Counted from the stretch's first letter, positions 52,494-64,000 are shown. The stretch is DNA of 64,000 nt from Lama guanicoe (GCA_013239625.1 MU054122.1:336773-400772); one strand, 5' to 3'. Program-made: numbers and translations. The notes: generated by a model from the letters alone, not told the origin.

Positions 52494-54303
52494 TAAATAA
52501 TCAATCATACATGATAAAGAAATAGATCAAAAGACAGGTTTTTAAAAATACAACAGAATGGTACAAATTTTGAAATCTTAATAAAATGGACCACATTCTG
52601 AAAAAATATGAATTACCTATATTAGCTCGAGAAGTAGGCCAAGTAGAAAAGAAGTACGCCAAAAGAAGCTGAAAAATTGATCAAAGAATTACCTCCAAGA
52701 AAGGCCTATGTCCGGATAATTTAATTAGCGTATTCTTTCAAACTTTTCCCAAGGGACAACCCCAGAATGCATAACCACAGTACCAGGACGTGCAAAAAGA
52801 TGGACTGCTCCCCAGTTCATTGGAAAATTACTACCTATAATACACAACCCTGCATAAAATAAAACTATAGGCCAATATTTTTCTTTAAAGCTTTGTTACT
52901 CCAGGATTTCTTAGTGCCTCTCATATGCTGTGAAATTTCAATAGGAGGTTTGCAGGAAGCAATGTTGTGCACATCAAGATTTCTTTCTGGCTCCCCCAGA
53001 CCTTTCTCCTGATCAGGCAGTAACTGCATCAGAGCAGCAGCCAGAAGATTCAGATGATCCAAGAGCCAAGCATACACAGAAAGATACATAGAGGAAAAGG
53101 GATCCACAAGAGCAGGAAAGTGACAGTATACTATTACAAAATAGCAAAAATAAGAGCCATGCTGAGGCTCAAAGCAGTACATTCTGCTGGTGAAAATGTA
53201 AATTGATTCAAATCATCTAGGAAGCAATTGGCCAGATGTATTTAGAAACTTGCGAGTACCTACTCTTTGACCTAATAATCCAACTTGTGTGAATCCATCC
53301 CAGAGAATTTAAAATGAAGATAAAGATGTCCATACAAGGATGGACTTCATAGAATTATTAATAGCAAACAGAATAGGAAACAATCTAAATGTCTAAAAAT
53401 AAAAACAGCTAAGCAGATTATGGTGCATTCATAGGATGAATTATGCAACAAATAAAAGCAATATTTGAGAGGAAAAAATTTAATGACATATATGTCTGCT
53501 TTTTTTAGGGAAAAAAGGCAGAACAAAATACAATCTTAAGGGTATTTTTTAAAATATATGTACATAGGAAAAACTACTGGAAGAATATAGACCAAAACCT
53601 TAATATGATCTCTGGGCGATGGGTCTCAAGTCATTGACTATCTTTAAATAGATTTCTCATATCATCTAACTTTCTGCACTAAGAATGGACTATGTTTATA
53701 ATCAGAAAAAGAAAACCCCGATAAAACCAAAATAACTATTGCCCATGGGTAAATACTCATGAGTGAAAAGAACATTTTTAAGTCTCCGTTCACTAAGGCC
53801 AAAAACATTCTCAACACTGTGCACAGAATTCTATTCTCCTAAACGTCAGTCTGAACACCGGTCCACTCAAAAACATAAAGACACAAAGCAAAACGACCAA
53901 ATCCCTCCACAGACAAGGCTGAGCTCCTTCTCCAGGTTTTCAACACACCGTTACGGAGAGGGGCACTCAGTATCCATTTTTTTTGAAAGTGCAGCTGTTT
54001 TGTTTTTTTTTTTTTATCTCCCTTGGTTCAAAGAACATCCACATCCAGGGACACGCTTTACGGGGGAGGTTGAGGGAGTGTGAGAGAGTTAACGCGCGCG
54101 CGTGTGCACACACATATTGTCTGTCTGTCTCTCTTCTCTCCCTCACACGCACGCATACACACGCTCAAATCCACTCAATCGTGTGGTGCCAGCCAAACAA
54201 CTCAAAGCGAGTCTTGCGAGTGCAGCCGAGCGCCGTCCCTGATCCGCAAGCAGCCACGGAGCCTCCCCGCGCCCACCCCTTGGCCGCCCGGCAACGCGGG
54301 TAC

Positions 54304-54402
54304 CTGTTCATGGTGCGCGGGGGCTGGGTCGCCGGGCTCCTGAGCGTCCTCAGCGCGGCGGGGGTACCGTGGGTAGCCTCCCTGCTTTCCTCCACCCACA
54401 GC
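54304..54402 (-). CDS. ST8SIA6: ST8SIA6 coding exon 2 (stem region)
   Basis: Acceptor TTCTTCCTGGCTGTGCAG|G; 99 nt, phase 2 at both ends, in frame with exon 1. Translates (R)LWVEESREATHGTPAALRTLRSPATQPPRTMN, versus recalled human ILVEESREATHGTPAALRTLRSPATAVPRATN. Donor AACAG|GTACCC. Confidence 0.95.
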
Positions 54403-54913
54403 CTGCACAGCCAGGAAGAAAACTATGTTGGGGAGCAGTTGGCTGGCGGACTCCGCATCGCGCTCGCAGCCCGGCCGGAACATCCTCGCGCGCCCTGGCT
54501 CCCCCGGCAGCGATTGGAGTTGGAAGAGGCCCAGGGCGGGAAGGAAGGGAAAGCACGGACCAGAATGGAGAGCCCGGGTGACTGATGCGGAACCCGACGG
54601 CAGGTCCAGCTCCGCAGCATCCTCACCCAGAGCGACGCACGCTGGGGCTCTCGCGCCCTGACCGGTCCCTCCCCGTCCGAGCTGGTGCCCAGCCAGTGCT
54701 CGTGTCGCCCCTCTGATTTCCCCCCACCCTCGGTTCACCCAGCCAGGTCTCCCGAACGCCTCCATCCCACCCCACGCCCCACCCCGTCGGCTTGTCCTAG
54801 CAGCAGCCAGAAGTCTGCTCGCCCAGGTGGAGCGGCTGGGCGGCTGGGGCTCTCGGGGCGCACGGCGGGGGTGCACGGCACGCGGGTCGGCCCGAGGGCG
54901 GGGGGTGGGTTAC
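54403..54913 (-). other. ST8SIA6: ST8SIA6 intron 1 (511 nt, GT-AG)
   Basis: Bounded by the GT donor of exon 1 and the AG acceptor of exon 2. Confidence 0.93.
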
Positions 54914-55014
54914 CTGGAGCGGGCGGGCGCGTCGGTCGAGGACCAGAGCAGGCGCAGCAGCAGCAGCAGCACCAGGCCGGCGAGCAGGGCGAGGAGCGCG
55001 CCCCCCGGCCGCAT
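54914..55014 (-). CDS. ST8SIA6: ST8SIA6 coding exon 1 (short cytoplasmic tail plus signal-anchor TM of alpha-2,8-sialyltransferase 6)
   Basis: Translates MRPGGALLALLAGLVLLLLLRLLWSSTDAPARS(R), which closely matches the recalled human N-terminus MRPGGALLALLASLLLLLLLRLLWCPADAPGRAR. ATG at 55014 in AGGATGC context; 101 coding nt; donor CAG|GTAACC with GT at 54913-54912. Confidence 0.96.
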
Positions 55015-55090
55015 CCTGAGCCACAGGCGCGGCCGCCGCCGCTGCTGCCCCGGCGAAGCGCAGCCCGAGCGGCCCCGACTCGCGGCTCCT

Positions 55091-55111
55091 GCCGCCGCCG
55101 CCGCCGCCGCC
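55091..55111. repeat. (GCC)7 trinucleotide repeat in the presumptive 5' UTR
   Basis: Seven perfect GCC units, 77-97 nt upstream of the ATG. Confidence 0.95.
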
Positions 55112-55376
55112 GCAGCCAGGCACACCTCCAGCGTTCACAGGCGGCGCGGAGGGGCGGCGGGAGCGCGCGGCCCGGGCCCGCACTCTCGGGCGCCCCCGGC
55201 CTGGCCCGCACGGCCCCCGGGGGCAAAGGAAGCAGCCGCGCGCCCTGGCTCTCCCCGCTGCTCCCGCCCCGCTCCGGATCGCCGCCGGAGCCCGGCGCTC
55301 CGATCGCGGCGACGCTCCGCTCAGCTCGCCTCCTCTCCTCTCCTCCCGGAGGCGCTCGGAGCTGCTGCGGGCTCTC

Positions 55377-55400
55377 GCCGCCGCCGCCGCCGCCGCCGCC
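55377..55400. repeat. (GCC)8 trinucleotide repeat in the promoter or distal 5' UTR
   Basis: Eight perfect GCC units. Confidence 0.95.
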
Positions 55401-55744
55401 GCGCGGGGTCACCTGAAGGTTGGGGCTCGGGAGCTGGACTCTGTGCTGATTGGGCTCCAACTTTTCTGCGCCCTCACCTTCCCGGGAGTGGCCGCGCGCT
55501 CTTCCCTGAGGCCCACGCAGGCGGAGCGCAGCTCTCTCCGCGCCCCTGCGTGGGAGAGGAGGGCCCGGAGCGGCGGAAGGGCAGGGAAGGAAGGGCCCAC
55601 TTCAAAAAACTTTTCAAACTGTGTAGTCGCTCTGCTGGATCGTCCCACGCATAGAGTCTGAGAGGGACTTTAAAAGAACATCCCCTTGCTTAAAGGCAGT
55701 TTCAAACAGACAGCGAATGAATGCCCGGGGGCCAGGCAGTCTTT

Positions 55745-55970
55745 GGGGGTTGGGCAAACTACCGGCCACAGGCCGAATTTGTCCCCTGCCCATTTTTTTT
55801 CGTGAATAGTTCCGTTGGAACACCTCCACGCCCAGTCCTCTGCGTTATCAGAGGCTGTATGCGGCTGTTTCTGTCTAGGGCAGAATTAAGTTGGTGGCAA
55901 AGATCAGTTGGCCCACAGAACCTGAAATATTTACTATCTTGCCTTTTTCGGAAAAAGTTGGCAGACCCCG
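55745..55970. mobile_element. MER58A-like hAT MITE just upstream of the CpG island
   Basis: Termini GGGGTTGGGCAAACT...AAAAAGTTGGCAGACCCC and internal AAATATTTACTATCT. Confidence 0.8.
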
Positions 55971-58900
55971 GCTCTAAATCGTATTGGGCTAGATCACAGT
56001 GGTTAGCAGCTCATTGATTAGTTAGTATCTTATGTACTAAAAGAGCGTGATCTGATGACAATGTATAAAGTCTGGCTTCCCAATTATTTATTTGGGAGTG
56101 GGCCTCTCCTCTTTCGGCCCTAAGCTGTCCTTTCTGCGCATGCCCAATGGCCCCACTCTGCCACCTCCCCACGCTTTGCCCCTGACTCTGAACCCTTGGT
56201 GGGCATCAGTGAACCCTAAACCCCACAATGGTTGTATGGGGGCTCATTAGACTATTCAATTTGCTTTTGTATACATTTGATTTTTCCAAAAGCAACCCTT
56301 GGACTCTATGATCTTGTGAAGACCTTGATAAAGGAACTTTCAAAGGTTTTAATCAGTTAACTGGCCTAAGTAACAAAAATGTATTAACTAGACTCTCCTA
56401 GAGGCATTAAGGTCTTAACCTGAAAAGCCAGCGAGAGCCTTTGAGAAGCTAGTCGTACAGACAGCTCAATAAAGCTGTCGCCGGTGAGTTCATCACAGAA
56501 GGAAAAACAACATATGTCAAGAAGAGAAATGCCAGGCTGCCTGGTTCTTTTCTACTAATTCTGCATTTACTCCAATTCAAAACACTTGGTTGAAAACAAA
56601 TCAGAACTTTGCACATAGTAGTTGATCAATAAATATTTGGTCAATGAATAAAACACCTCAGAATTCACGTTCTTCTTAAAAAGAAGAAGAAAAAAATCTG
56701 AAAATAAATGTAACTAGAAACATGATTTCCTCCCATAGCTCACTGTTGCTGTTGAAAGGTGTACTGATCAATGATGGAAAAGTTGCTACTTAAGTCTTTT
56801 ACTTATGTCTGACATTTTTAGGGGCCCAGCTGCTTCTCTGAGGATGGCATGATAAAGTCATGATGTCTTCAGATAGTGCTGAAATAACAACATACTCCAA
56901 CTCTACGTGTTTGAAAGTTTAGCCATTCTGTTAGATTCGCGGGGAGGGCACAATTATCTTGAAAATGGAAAAGTTGTCTGGATTTGGAAGATAGCCTGAA
57001 TTTTCTTTCTCTTAGAGCAAAAGAATTGTGTGGAGAACTCACGCTGAAGACGGTTTCCAGAAAAAAAAGTAGAGGGCATTATTGTATCATCCAGGAAGCC
57101 GCAATTTCAACTAATTTACTAAAGTTTAATATTTCAGCACAGCTGGGCTTAAGGCAGCAGGAAGAGAGTCAGCCTTGCACGGGGCTCCCTAAACACCCTT
57201 GCTGCAAATGAAGTTACTTTTTATCAAGCCAATGGCTATCAGCAGGGGACTCACAAAAGCCCGTTTTAATTGGAAAACCAAGTGTAAATGTGCAATGGGA
57301 ATTCTGAACGGAGAGTTAAAATTTGACAGTAGGGATCTTTAGCACAAGGATTGTAATTGAAGATGTAGGTTGGTAAAATATGAATTATCTTGCTTATCCT
57401 TGAGAGATCAAAGAACCTGACAAAAACATGAGTTCTTTAATATTATCAGCTAAAGAACCAATACTGGAAAAATGGGCATTTGGTCACTTAACAAGGACCA
57501 GTTTGACCAGCAGCCCCAAAGATCCGAACCCTCAGAAACTGATGCTGGTGTGTGAACCTACCTCACTCTCCCAGTTTGCCCAGCATTTCTCTCTCATTTT
57601 ACCTTTGTATTTTTTTTTTATTCACCATCATGAGTGCCCTTACTTTCATAAAGTCACTTATAAAAATGATCAGGAAGTTTCGATATGTTAAAAAATGTCC
57701 AAGTCATTGAAAATCTTCTTGGAAGCTGGGGTTTCTCATTTTTGGCGTCAGGTATTAAACATTTCCATATGCATGAATTTGAGGATTCATGAAAAATCCT
57801 TAATATCAAGTGTCTATTATATCCTCTGGTATACACGAGTAGAAACTTTCAACATAGGGAAAGGAAGGAGGGCTATGAGAAACACAGAAAACTGATGCAC
57901 CAAAGGATTTTTCCTTCACTTGGGTGACATGTTTATCTCTGTGTTTAGGATGGATAGTTTCTGATGTCTTCAGGCTGCTTGATTGGTTTTAGTAATAGAG
58001 ATTTGTGAGGATTGCAGGACAATAGACATTCATAAATATTAAACTACTCCTTGGGAGAGGAAATTCATGACGATAGCATAACCAAGGCTACATATCTCCA
58101 GTAAATCAGAGGATATTAATGAAAGTAGAAATAACTTCAAGAAATCAACAACTTTGTTGGGGGTGTGTAGCTCTATTTCCAGATACGTTTTATTATAGAT
58201 TTTGTCTGCTGCTGATTGAATACAAAAAACATTGAAGCAATTCAATGTATAAAGTCATTTTAACTTTAAAGATAGAACACCTAGGATGATTTACAAATTC
58301 CACATAGGTCTTCAATATATAAGAAAAACAATTTGTAATATAACTAAAATTACAGAACAAAAAATAAACTTATTATTCACAGTATAAAATAGATTTTAAT
58401 ACATAAAACATTTAAATTTCTAAAACTCCTTTCCCTGAAGTCCACTTAAAAGATCCTAATGGACCAAAAAAGAGAAATGGAAACCACATAGTTATCCTGC
58501 AACTATAAAATGGCTACAGTCCCATTCCACAAGCCCCCCAACAATGCTGCTAAAGATGAGCTAATTGGACAAGAATACCAAGTTTAAGACTCATCTCCCT
58601 TATTTATAACTTAGATTTGTGGGAAAGAAATGGAAAAGTTTTGGAAGGTCCCACTAATACTTGATTTGGATGACCAAAGGCTGGGAGCAGGACACAACAG
58701 ATACATCAGTGGGAATGGCCAGGGCCACTAAAACAGGGATGGTGACCAGTATTTATTTCTGCTTTCAGTGAATATAGCTTTCTAGCTGGAGGAATGATGA
58801 CCTTGAGAGAGTGCCAATCTTGAAGAGAGACGCTGTCAAAGAATTTTGTGGCTGATGATTAAACTCAGTTTACTAAAGAAAAAAGACCACCTATTCTACC

Positions 58901-60340
58901 TAGTCGATGAACAAAAGGCCCTTAAAAAACATTGGTTTTTATACTGAATTGGTCTCTCCCAGACTGTCCTGCCTAATTCCAGAGTCTGCAAGACTGGGCA
59001 GAACTTCAAAAGGTTCAACAAAATTGGGGAGGAGGGTGCAGGCGTCAAGATATTAAACCCACACCCGCCACATTTCTCTCTTCAACTTCTCTTTTGCACC
59101 TCTTCATTCCATACAACCTAAACTAAAAGTGGATAAATGACTTAAAACCAAAAATTCCATAGTAAGCCCTGAATGTAAAACTAAGTTTCAACACATAGGC
59201 AGCTAAAAAGAAGGACTGCCAAAGATTTTCCATTCACTATATTGCTGGCAAGTGGTGGAAAAAAACAAGCCTGACTTATTTCAAAGATGAGTTAGCGGGA
59301 AAAAAATTATGCAAAAGTTCTGCAAAATATAAGATGAATGGAAGGAAATGCAACCAGTAGAAAAGCCAATGAAGAATATATGTTGAAACAAGACTTACTG
59401 CAGGGAACAGCCAAAATTTTAGCAAGGATCATTTTGTACTTCCCAGGAAATGAAATATAATATAAACACCATGAAAGAAGAACACAAAGAATAAGAATTA
59501 AAAGACAAGATAGCAAGGAAAAAGGATGCAAAGTGAGCTGACAACAGTGAAAAATGAAGCCAAAAAAAATTGCTGTACTTAGAATTATCTTTAGAAGACT
59601 GAGGAACAGAATTTAGATGGCAAAAAATCGGAATTAGTGTTACAGAGATAAGACTGATGAAATTTACAGAATACACAAAGGAGAGGGACAAGGAAAATAC
59701 ATTGATTAGGAAAACAATTATATGTAAAGACAGATATGAGATGCATATCATGTAGGGGTTAGGGGTTGTTTTTGAAAAGCATAAAGTGAAATATTAAAAA
59801 CATTTAAGAATATAGTAGAAGAAAACTTTACTGAAATAGAGAAATATGTAAATATGCAGAATTCATGTTCTCATTGTCTGAGCTCATTATGTGAACTCAT
59901 GATATTCCAGAAAAATTTAATAGAGAACAACTAACTTCATGGTTTATCCTCTTGCAGAGATTATTAAAAACAAAGAAAGAATACTGAAACCATCCAGAAA
60001 GAAGAAAAAGGTAAAAATTAATTTTGTTTCTGACTTCACTTCAGCAAGATTGGACTCAAAAGGAACAAAGCTATTTTTAGTGAGTTTTTTTTTAGCAGAA
60101 AAGATGTGACCCAAAAATTCTTTACCCAACTAAAAGAGTTTTCATATATAAAAGCATGTGAAATTTTCAAATATTTAAGAACTCAGAATATATAATACTT
60201 ACACATAAATCCTGGAAAAATCAACTTGAACCATAATCCAGTCATAAAACATGAATCAACATAAGAAATTCACAGTAAAGAAGTTATGATCAGAAAGAAC
60301 TCAGATGAGCAATAGATCATTTTAAAAAGAGAAGTGAGTC

Positions 60341-61103
60341 TACAAAGGATAAAAGCTGGAGAGGGTGTGGAGAAAAGGGAACCCTCCTCCACTGTTGGTG
60401 GGAATGCAGTTTGGTGCAGCCACTGTGGAAAACAGTATGGAGATTCCTCAAAAAACTAAAAATAGACCCACCATATGACCCAGCAATCCCACTCCTGGGC
60501 TTATATCCAGAGGGAACTTTACTTCAAAAAGACACCTGCACCCCAGTATTCACAGCAGCACTATTTACAATAGCCAAGTCATGGAAACAACCTAAATGGC
60601 CATCGACAGATGACTGGATAAAGAAGCTGTGGTATATACACAATGGAATACTACACAGCCATAAAAATGATAAAATAATGACATTTGCAGCAACATGGAT
60701 GTTCCTGGAGAATGTCATTCTAAGTGAAATAAGCCAGAAGAAGAAAGACAAATACCATATGAGATCATTTATATGTGGAATCTAAAAACAAGAGAAATGA
60801 ACTTACTTACAAAACAGAAACAGACTCCCAGTATAGATAACAAACTTATGGTTACTGGGGGGAAAGGGGTGGGAAGGGTTAAACTGGGAGTTAGAGATTT
60901 GCAGATACTGACTAATATATATAAAATAGATAAACAAGTTTATACTGTATAGCACAGGGAAATATATTCAATATCTTGTAGTAGCTTATGGTGAAAAAGA
61001 ACATGAAAATGAATATATGTATATTCATGTATGACTGAAGCATTGTGCTGTACACCAGAGATTGACACAACATTGTAAACTGACTATACCTTAATAAAAA
61101 AAA
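60341..61103 (+). mobile_element. 5'-truncated LINE-1 3' end
   Basis: ORF2 C-terminus (ORF 60411-60785), 3' UTR, AATAAA and A tail. Near-perfect TSD: AAAAAGAGAAGTGAGTC (60324-60340) versus AAAAAGAGGGAAGTGAGTC (ending 61120). Confidence 0.94.
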
Positions 61104-62191
61104 AAAGAGGGAAGTGAGTCAAAATAATAGAATTCCACAATATAACCATTATATTTTCTTAAAATTGCTACAGAAATAAAAGATAGTAAATTGATACAAT
61201 AAATCTGGGAAGGAAAATTCCAGTTCATGTTATATAGTGGAAAATATAAAATAAGAAGAGTGAAGGATATAGTGACTTTCAGGGTGAAATAATTGTTTCA
61301 CAAAAAAAATTTAAAAAGTGAAAAAATATATATAAATATTTTCCAAAGAAGGAGGGAAAAAGAAACTCAGACTTTTTAGCTAAAGATAGAAAGAATACCT
61401 ATTCAAGCAATATATGGATATGTTACGGACACTTAGAAATGTTTTATAAAAGACAACAATAGAAAGGGAATACATAACTAAGTTCTCAGTAAAGAAAGGG
61501 AAAACCTCAGTTACTGGGGAAAAAAAAAAAAAGAGCAGGAAGTGTGTATGCTGACCCAAAACAGCTCACCTCAATACACTATCATCCTGGTAACCTAGAA
61601 GTTTGCTTTTAACATCTATGCAGGGAATGAAAGAGGAAGACCAGGTTCCCAGTGAGACAGAGTTGGAATTACAATTCCTGCATAAAGCTTTCGTTGTTGC
61701 TGTTAAAAACAAAATAGGTGAACTAGAAAAACAAAGATCCACATACGTACACAATGACAATTATTTGTCTGTGCCTGAGATCTGGGTGAAAGAATTTTAA
61801 TCTAAAACCCTTACTTCCTTTGGGTTTGAGGCCCAGTGTTAGCCAGGTCCTGAAATTAACATAAAGCTTGGTCCCTGGCTAATGTTGGCCTAAAGTCCAT
61901 GGCAGGAAAGTGCTAATTATTCTAGCTACATAAAAACTCAAAGAAAAGGAATCTCACTAAGAATGAGCATAAAATTAAAAATTGCAAAACACGTAAGGAA
62001 TTCGCCACACACATTCTCAGTATGTACAACTAATGGGAGGATTATTAAACAATAATCAGAAAGAGAACATAAAATAAGCAAGTTTAAAATCATTAGGGAC
62101 ATGAAAGGGTGAATCAAGACACTAAGGAAAAAGCTATGATAAAAAGAAGCAGTTTTTTTTATAAAGAACCAATAGAACTATGACAAAAATA

Positions 62192-62383
62192 CAGTGGACA
62201 CCTGAACAACACAGGTTTGAACCACACAGGTCCACTTATACACAGATATTTTTCAAGTGTTAATGCTACGTTCCGACACAATCTGCGGTTGGTTGAATTC
62301 GAGGATGTGGAGAAATCTTTAATAGGGAGGGCCAACCATAAATTATACTCAGATTAACCTGTGTGTTTTTCAACGGTCAACTG
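62192..62383. mobile_element. Tigger2/MER8-like non-autonomous DNA transposon
   Basis: TIRs CAGTGGACACCTGAACAACAC...GTGTTTTTCAACGGTCAACTG with TA on both sides. Confidence 0.85.
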
Positions 62384-62596
62384 TATTGTCATCGATATCC
62401 AAATAATTAATGAAGAAAAAATAAAATAATTTTAAAAATAATCAATGGATAGGTCAAGTAACAAGATTAAACATGGCTAAAGAGAGAATTCATGATCTGG
62501 AATACTATTGTGATAAAATTCTCCACTGAAAGAAAAGATGATGGAAAGCTTGAAATAGAGGCTAAAAGGCTTGTAGAAAAACCTAAGAAGCCCCAT

Positions 62597-63635
62597 GTAC
62601 TGTTGTGTACTGCTGCAGAACAAATTACCCCAACACCTAGTGGTTTGAAACAGTAACGTTTTATTAGCCCTCAAGATATCTGTGGGTCAGGAATTCAGGC
62701 AGTTCTCAGCTGGGTGATACTAATGTCTCATAAGGTACCGAATGTGCCCTGAAGGGTTCCATGTGGCTTCACTCACACATCTTGCCCTTTGTTGGGGATA
62801 ATTCAGAGGATGAGTTCAGCTGAGGCTGTCAACTGGAGTGTCTACACCCTTAGTCTCTCCAGCACAGTGATCTCAGCGTAGCCAGATTTCTTACTTAGAG
62901 GCCAACAGTTCCCATCAAAGATGTTCTGCATATATCTGGAGGAAACTCAAATTTGAAAAGATACATGCACCCCAATGCTCAGAACAGCACTATTTATAAT
63001 AGCCAAAACATAGAAGCAACCTAAATATCCATTGACAGATGGCTAGATAAAGAAGATGTGGTTTACATACTATAATGGAATACTACTCAGCCATTAAAAA
63101 GAATAAAATAATGCCATTTGCAGCAACATGGATGGACCTGGAGATTGTCACACTAAGTGAAGAAAGTCAGACATAGAAAGACAAATACCATATGATATGA
63201 CTTACATGTGGAGTCTAAAAAAAAAATCACACAAATGGACTTAAGGCATTTGGGGTTAGCAGATATTAACTACTACATATGAAACAAAAAAACAGAAAGG
63301 TCCCACTGTATAGCACAGGGAATTATATTCAATACCTTGTCATAGCCTATAATGAAAAAGAATATGAAAAGGAATATATACATATGTATAACTGAAACAC
63401 TATGCTGTACACCAGAATTTAACACAACATTGTAAACCAACTGTACTTCAATTTAAAAAATTAAAAAACAGAACAAACAAAAAGATGTTCTAAAAGATCT
63501 GGGCAGAATAGAAGCTGCAAGTTTCTTATGATCTAGTCTCTGAAGTGCCAGGACATTACTTCTCCTGGATTCAATTGGTCATACAAGTTGCTAAGCCTAG
63601 CATATAGTCAACAAGAGGACTTAGATTCTATTTAA
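62597..63635 (-). mobile_element. MLT1 LTR split by an L1 insertion
   Basis: CTGCTGCAGAACAAATTACCCCAACACCTAGTGGTTTGAAACAG...TCTGTGGGTCAGGAATTCAGGCAG; the sequence resumes after the L1 TSD. Confidence 0.7.
62928..63480 (+). mobile_element. LINE-1 3' fragment inserted into an MLT1 LTR
   Basis: L1 ORF2-end and 3' UTR motifs (TGCCATTTGCAGCAACATGGATGGACCT). 11-bp TSD AAAGATGTTCT at 62917-62927 and 63481-63491. Confidence 0.9.
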
Positions 63636-63639
63636 TTCT

Positions 63640-64000
63640 GACAGCGACTCCAGTGTGTGCGTGTGGTTTTTTCTCGTGCACCAGTAAGCAAGTAACTCAG
63701 CTCTAACGCTGTCAACCAGGAGACAGCATCAGATCCCGCAGTTAGGCACTCAGTCCTATAGGACTGCCCCTTTACCCACTTGAGGCAACAATACAAGTCC
63801 AGGTTGTTACCTGTGCTTCTGACCAACTGACTGTAGATCACAGGCTCCAACATCCCACTCCTTGGGTTTGATTAACTTGGTAGAGCATGCCAGAGAACTC
63901 AGAGAAACATTTGGCTTACTAGATTGCTGGTTTATTGTAAAAGGATATAATTCAGGAATAGCCAAATGGAAGGGATGCATAAGGCATGGTATGTGGGAAG
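63640..64000 (-). mobile_element. MER21-like LTR (runs off the window)
   Basis: CAGATCCC...CTCAGTCC..GACTGCCCC...GTTGTTACCTGTGCTTCTGACC...CAGAGAACTCAGAGAAACA. Confidence 0.7.

Larger units (their letters stand above)
47000..53720 (+). mobile_element. Patchwork of ancient L1M fragments hosting the SINE, the RPL17 retrocopy and the LTR
   Basis: A-rich degenerate L1 ORF1/ORF2/3' UTR motifs (e.g. CTGCTGGTGAAAATGTAAATTG, AAACAATCTAAATGTC); no intact ORF. Confidence 0.6.
1..54303 (-). other. ST8SIA6: ST8SIA6 intron 2 (partial, >54 kb; exon 3 presumably left of the window)
   Basis: Starts at the GT donor 54303-54302. By eye I found no exon encoding the expected next peptide (STYLNEKSLQLTEKCKNLQY-like). 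A long intron 2 agrees with my recollection of the human gene. Confidence 0.7.
54080..55600. promoter_or_regulatory. CpG island / ST8SIA6 promoter and 5' region
   Basis: Very GC- and CpG-dense compared with CpG-depleted flanks; spans exons 1-2. A GC-box (GGGGCGGGAG on minus) lies at about 55261-55270. The TSS cannot be placed from sequence. Confidence 0.9.
58400..62590 (+). mobile_element. Ancient L1M 5'/ORF1 fragments hosting the young L1 and the Tigger MITE
   Basis: Strongly A-rich degenerate ORF1-like sequence; no intact ORF. Confidence 0.55.

Noticed and set aside
1..54303. ST8SIA6 exon 3 or an orthologue of the human lncRNA ST8SIA6-AS1
   Set aside because: No exon-3-like coding segment found by eye (TBLASTN with human ST8SIA6 would settle it). 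A lncRNA cannot be supported from sequence alone.
55400..55430. CCCCAACCTTCAG|GTGACC on the minus strand as a splice site for an upstream non-coding exon
   Set aside because: Could be read as donor or acceptor, no partner site was identified, and it is unsupported without transcript data.
53983..55661. Many long overlapping ORFs (200-275 aa) on both strands, some with polyQ, polyR, polyG or polyP runs
   Set aside because: Expected from stop-codon scarcity in a GC-rich CpG island. They are low-complexity Arg/Pro/Gly/Ala translations; only the spliced ST8SIA6 frame has recognisable homology.
61603..61800. 65-aa ORF with protein-like composition
   Set aside because: Lies within degenerate old L1-derived sequence, has no recognisable homology and no supporting splice structure.
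1..64000. A novel multi-gene biological system
   Set aside because: Content is explained by one known gene's 5' end, a ribosomal-protein retrocopy and ordinary mammalian repeats. The remaining short ORFs look like chance frames.

Overview
This is mammalian, repeat-rich genomic DNA. It is most likely camelid (alpaca/llama/camel), inferred from a tRNA-derived SINE family with the head GGGGAGGGTATAGCTCAGTGGTAGAG and from the L1 3' ends. The only protein-coding gene I can support is the 5' end of ST8SIA6 (alpha-2,8-sialyltransferase 6) on the minus strand. Coding exon 1 (55014-54914) and exon 2 (54402-54304) lie in a CpG island, have canonical GT/AG sites and splice in frame. Positions 1-54303 appear to be intron 2, since I found no exon 3 by eye, and about 55600-64000 is upstream intergenic DNA. 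The intron holds a decayed RPL17 processed pseudogene, young 5'-truncated L1s and SINEs with target-site duplications (TSDs), nested ERV LTRs, and old L1/L2/MIR/MLT/MER/Tigger fossils. I see no evidence of a new multi-gene system. The most notable oddities are a candidate L1/mRNA-3'UTR chimeric retro-insertion, a possible micro 3' transduction on a 2-kb L1, an in-frame GCG (polyAla) extension upstream of the ST8SIA6 ATG, and a nested LTR/LTR/SINE structure. Repeat family names come from recalled consensus sequences and need RepeatMasker/Dfam confirmation.
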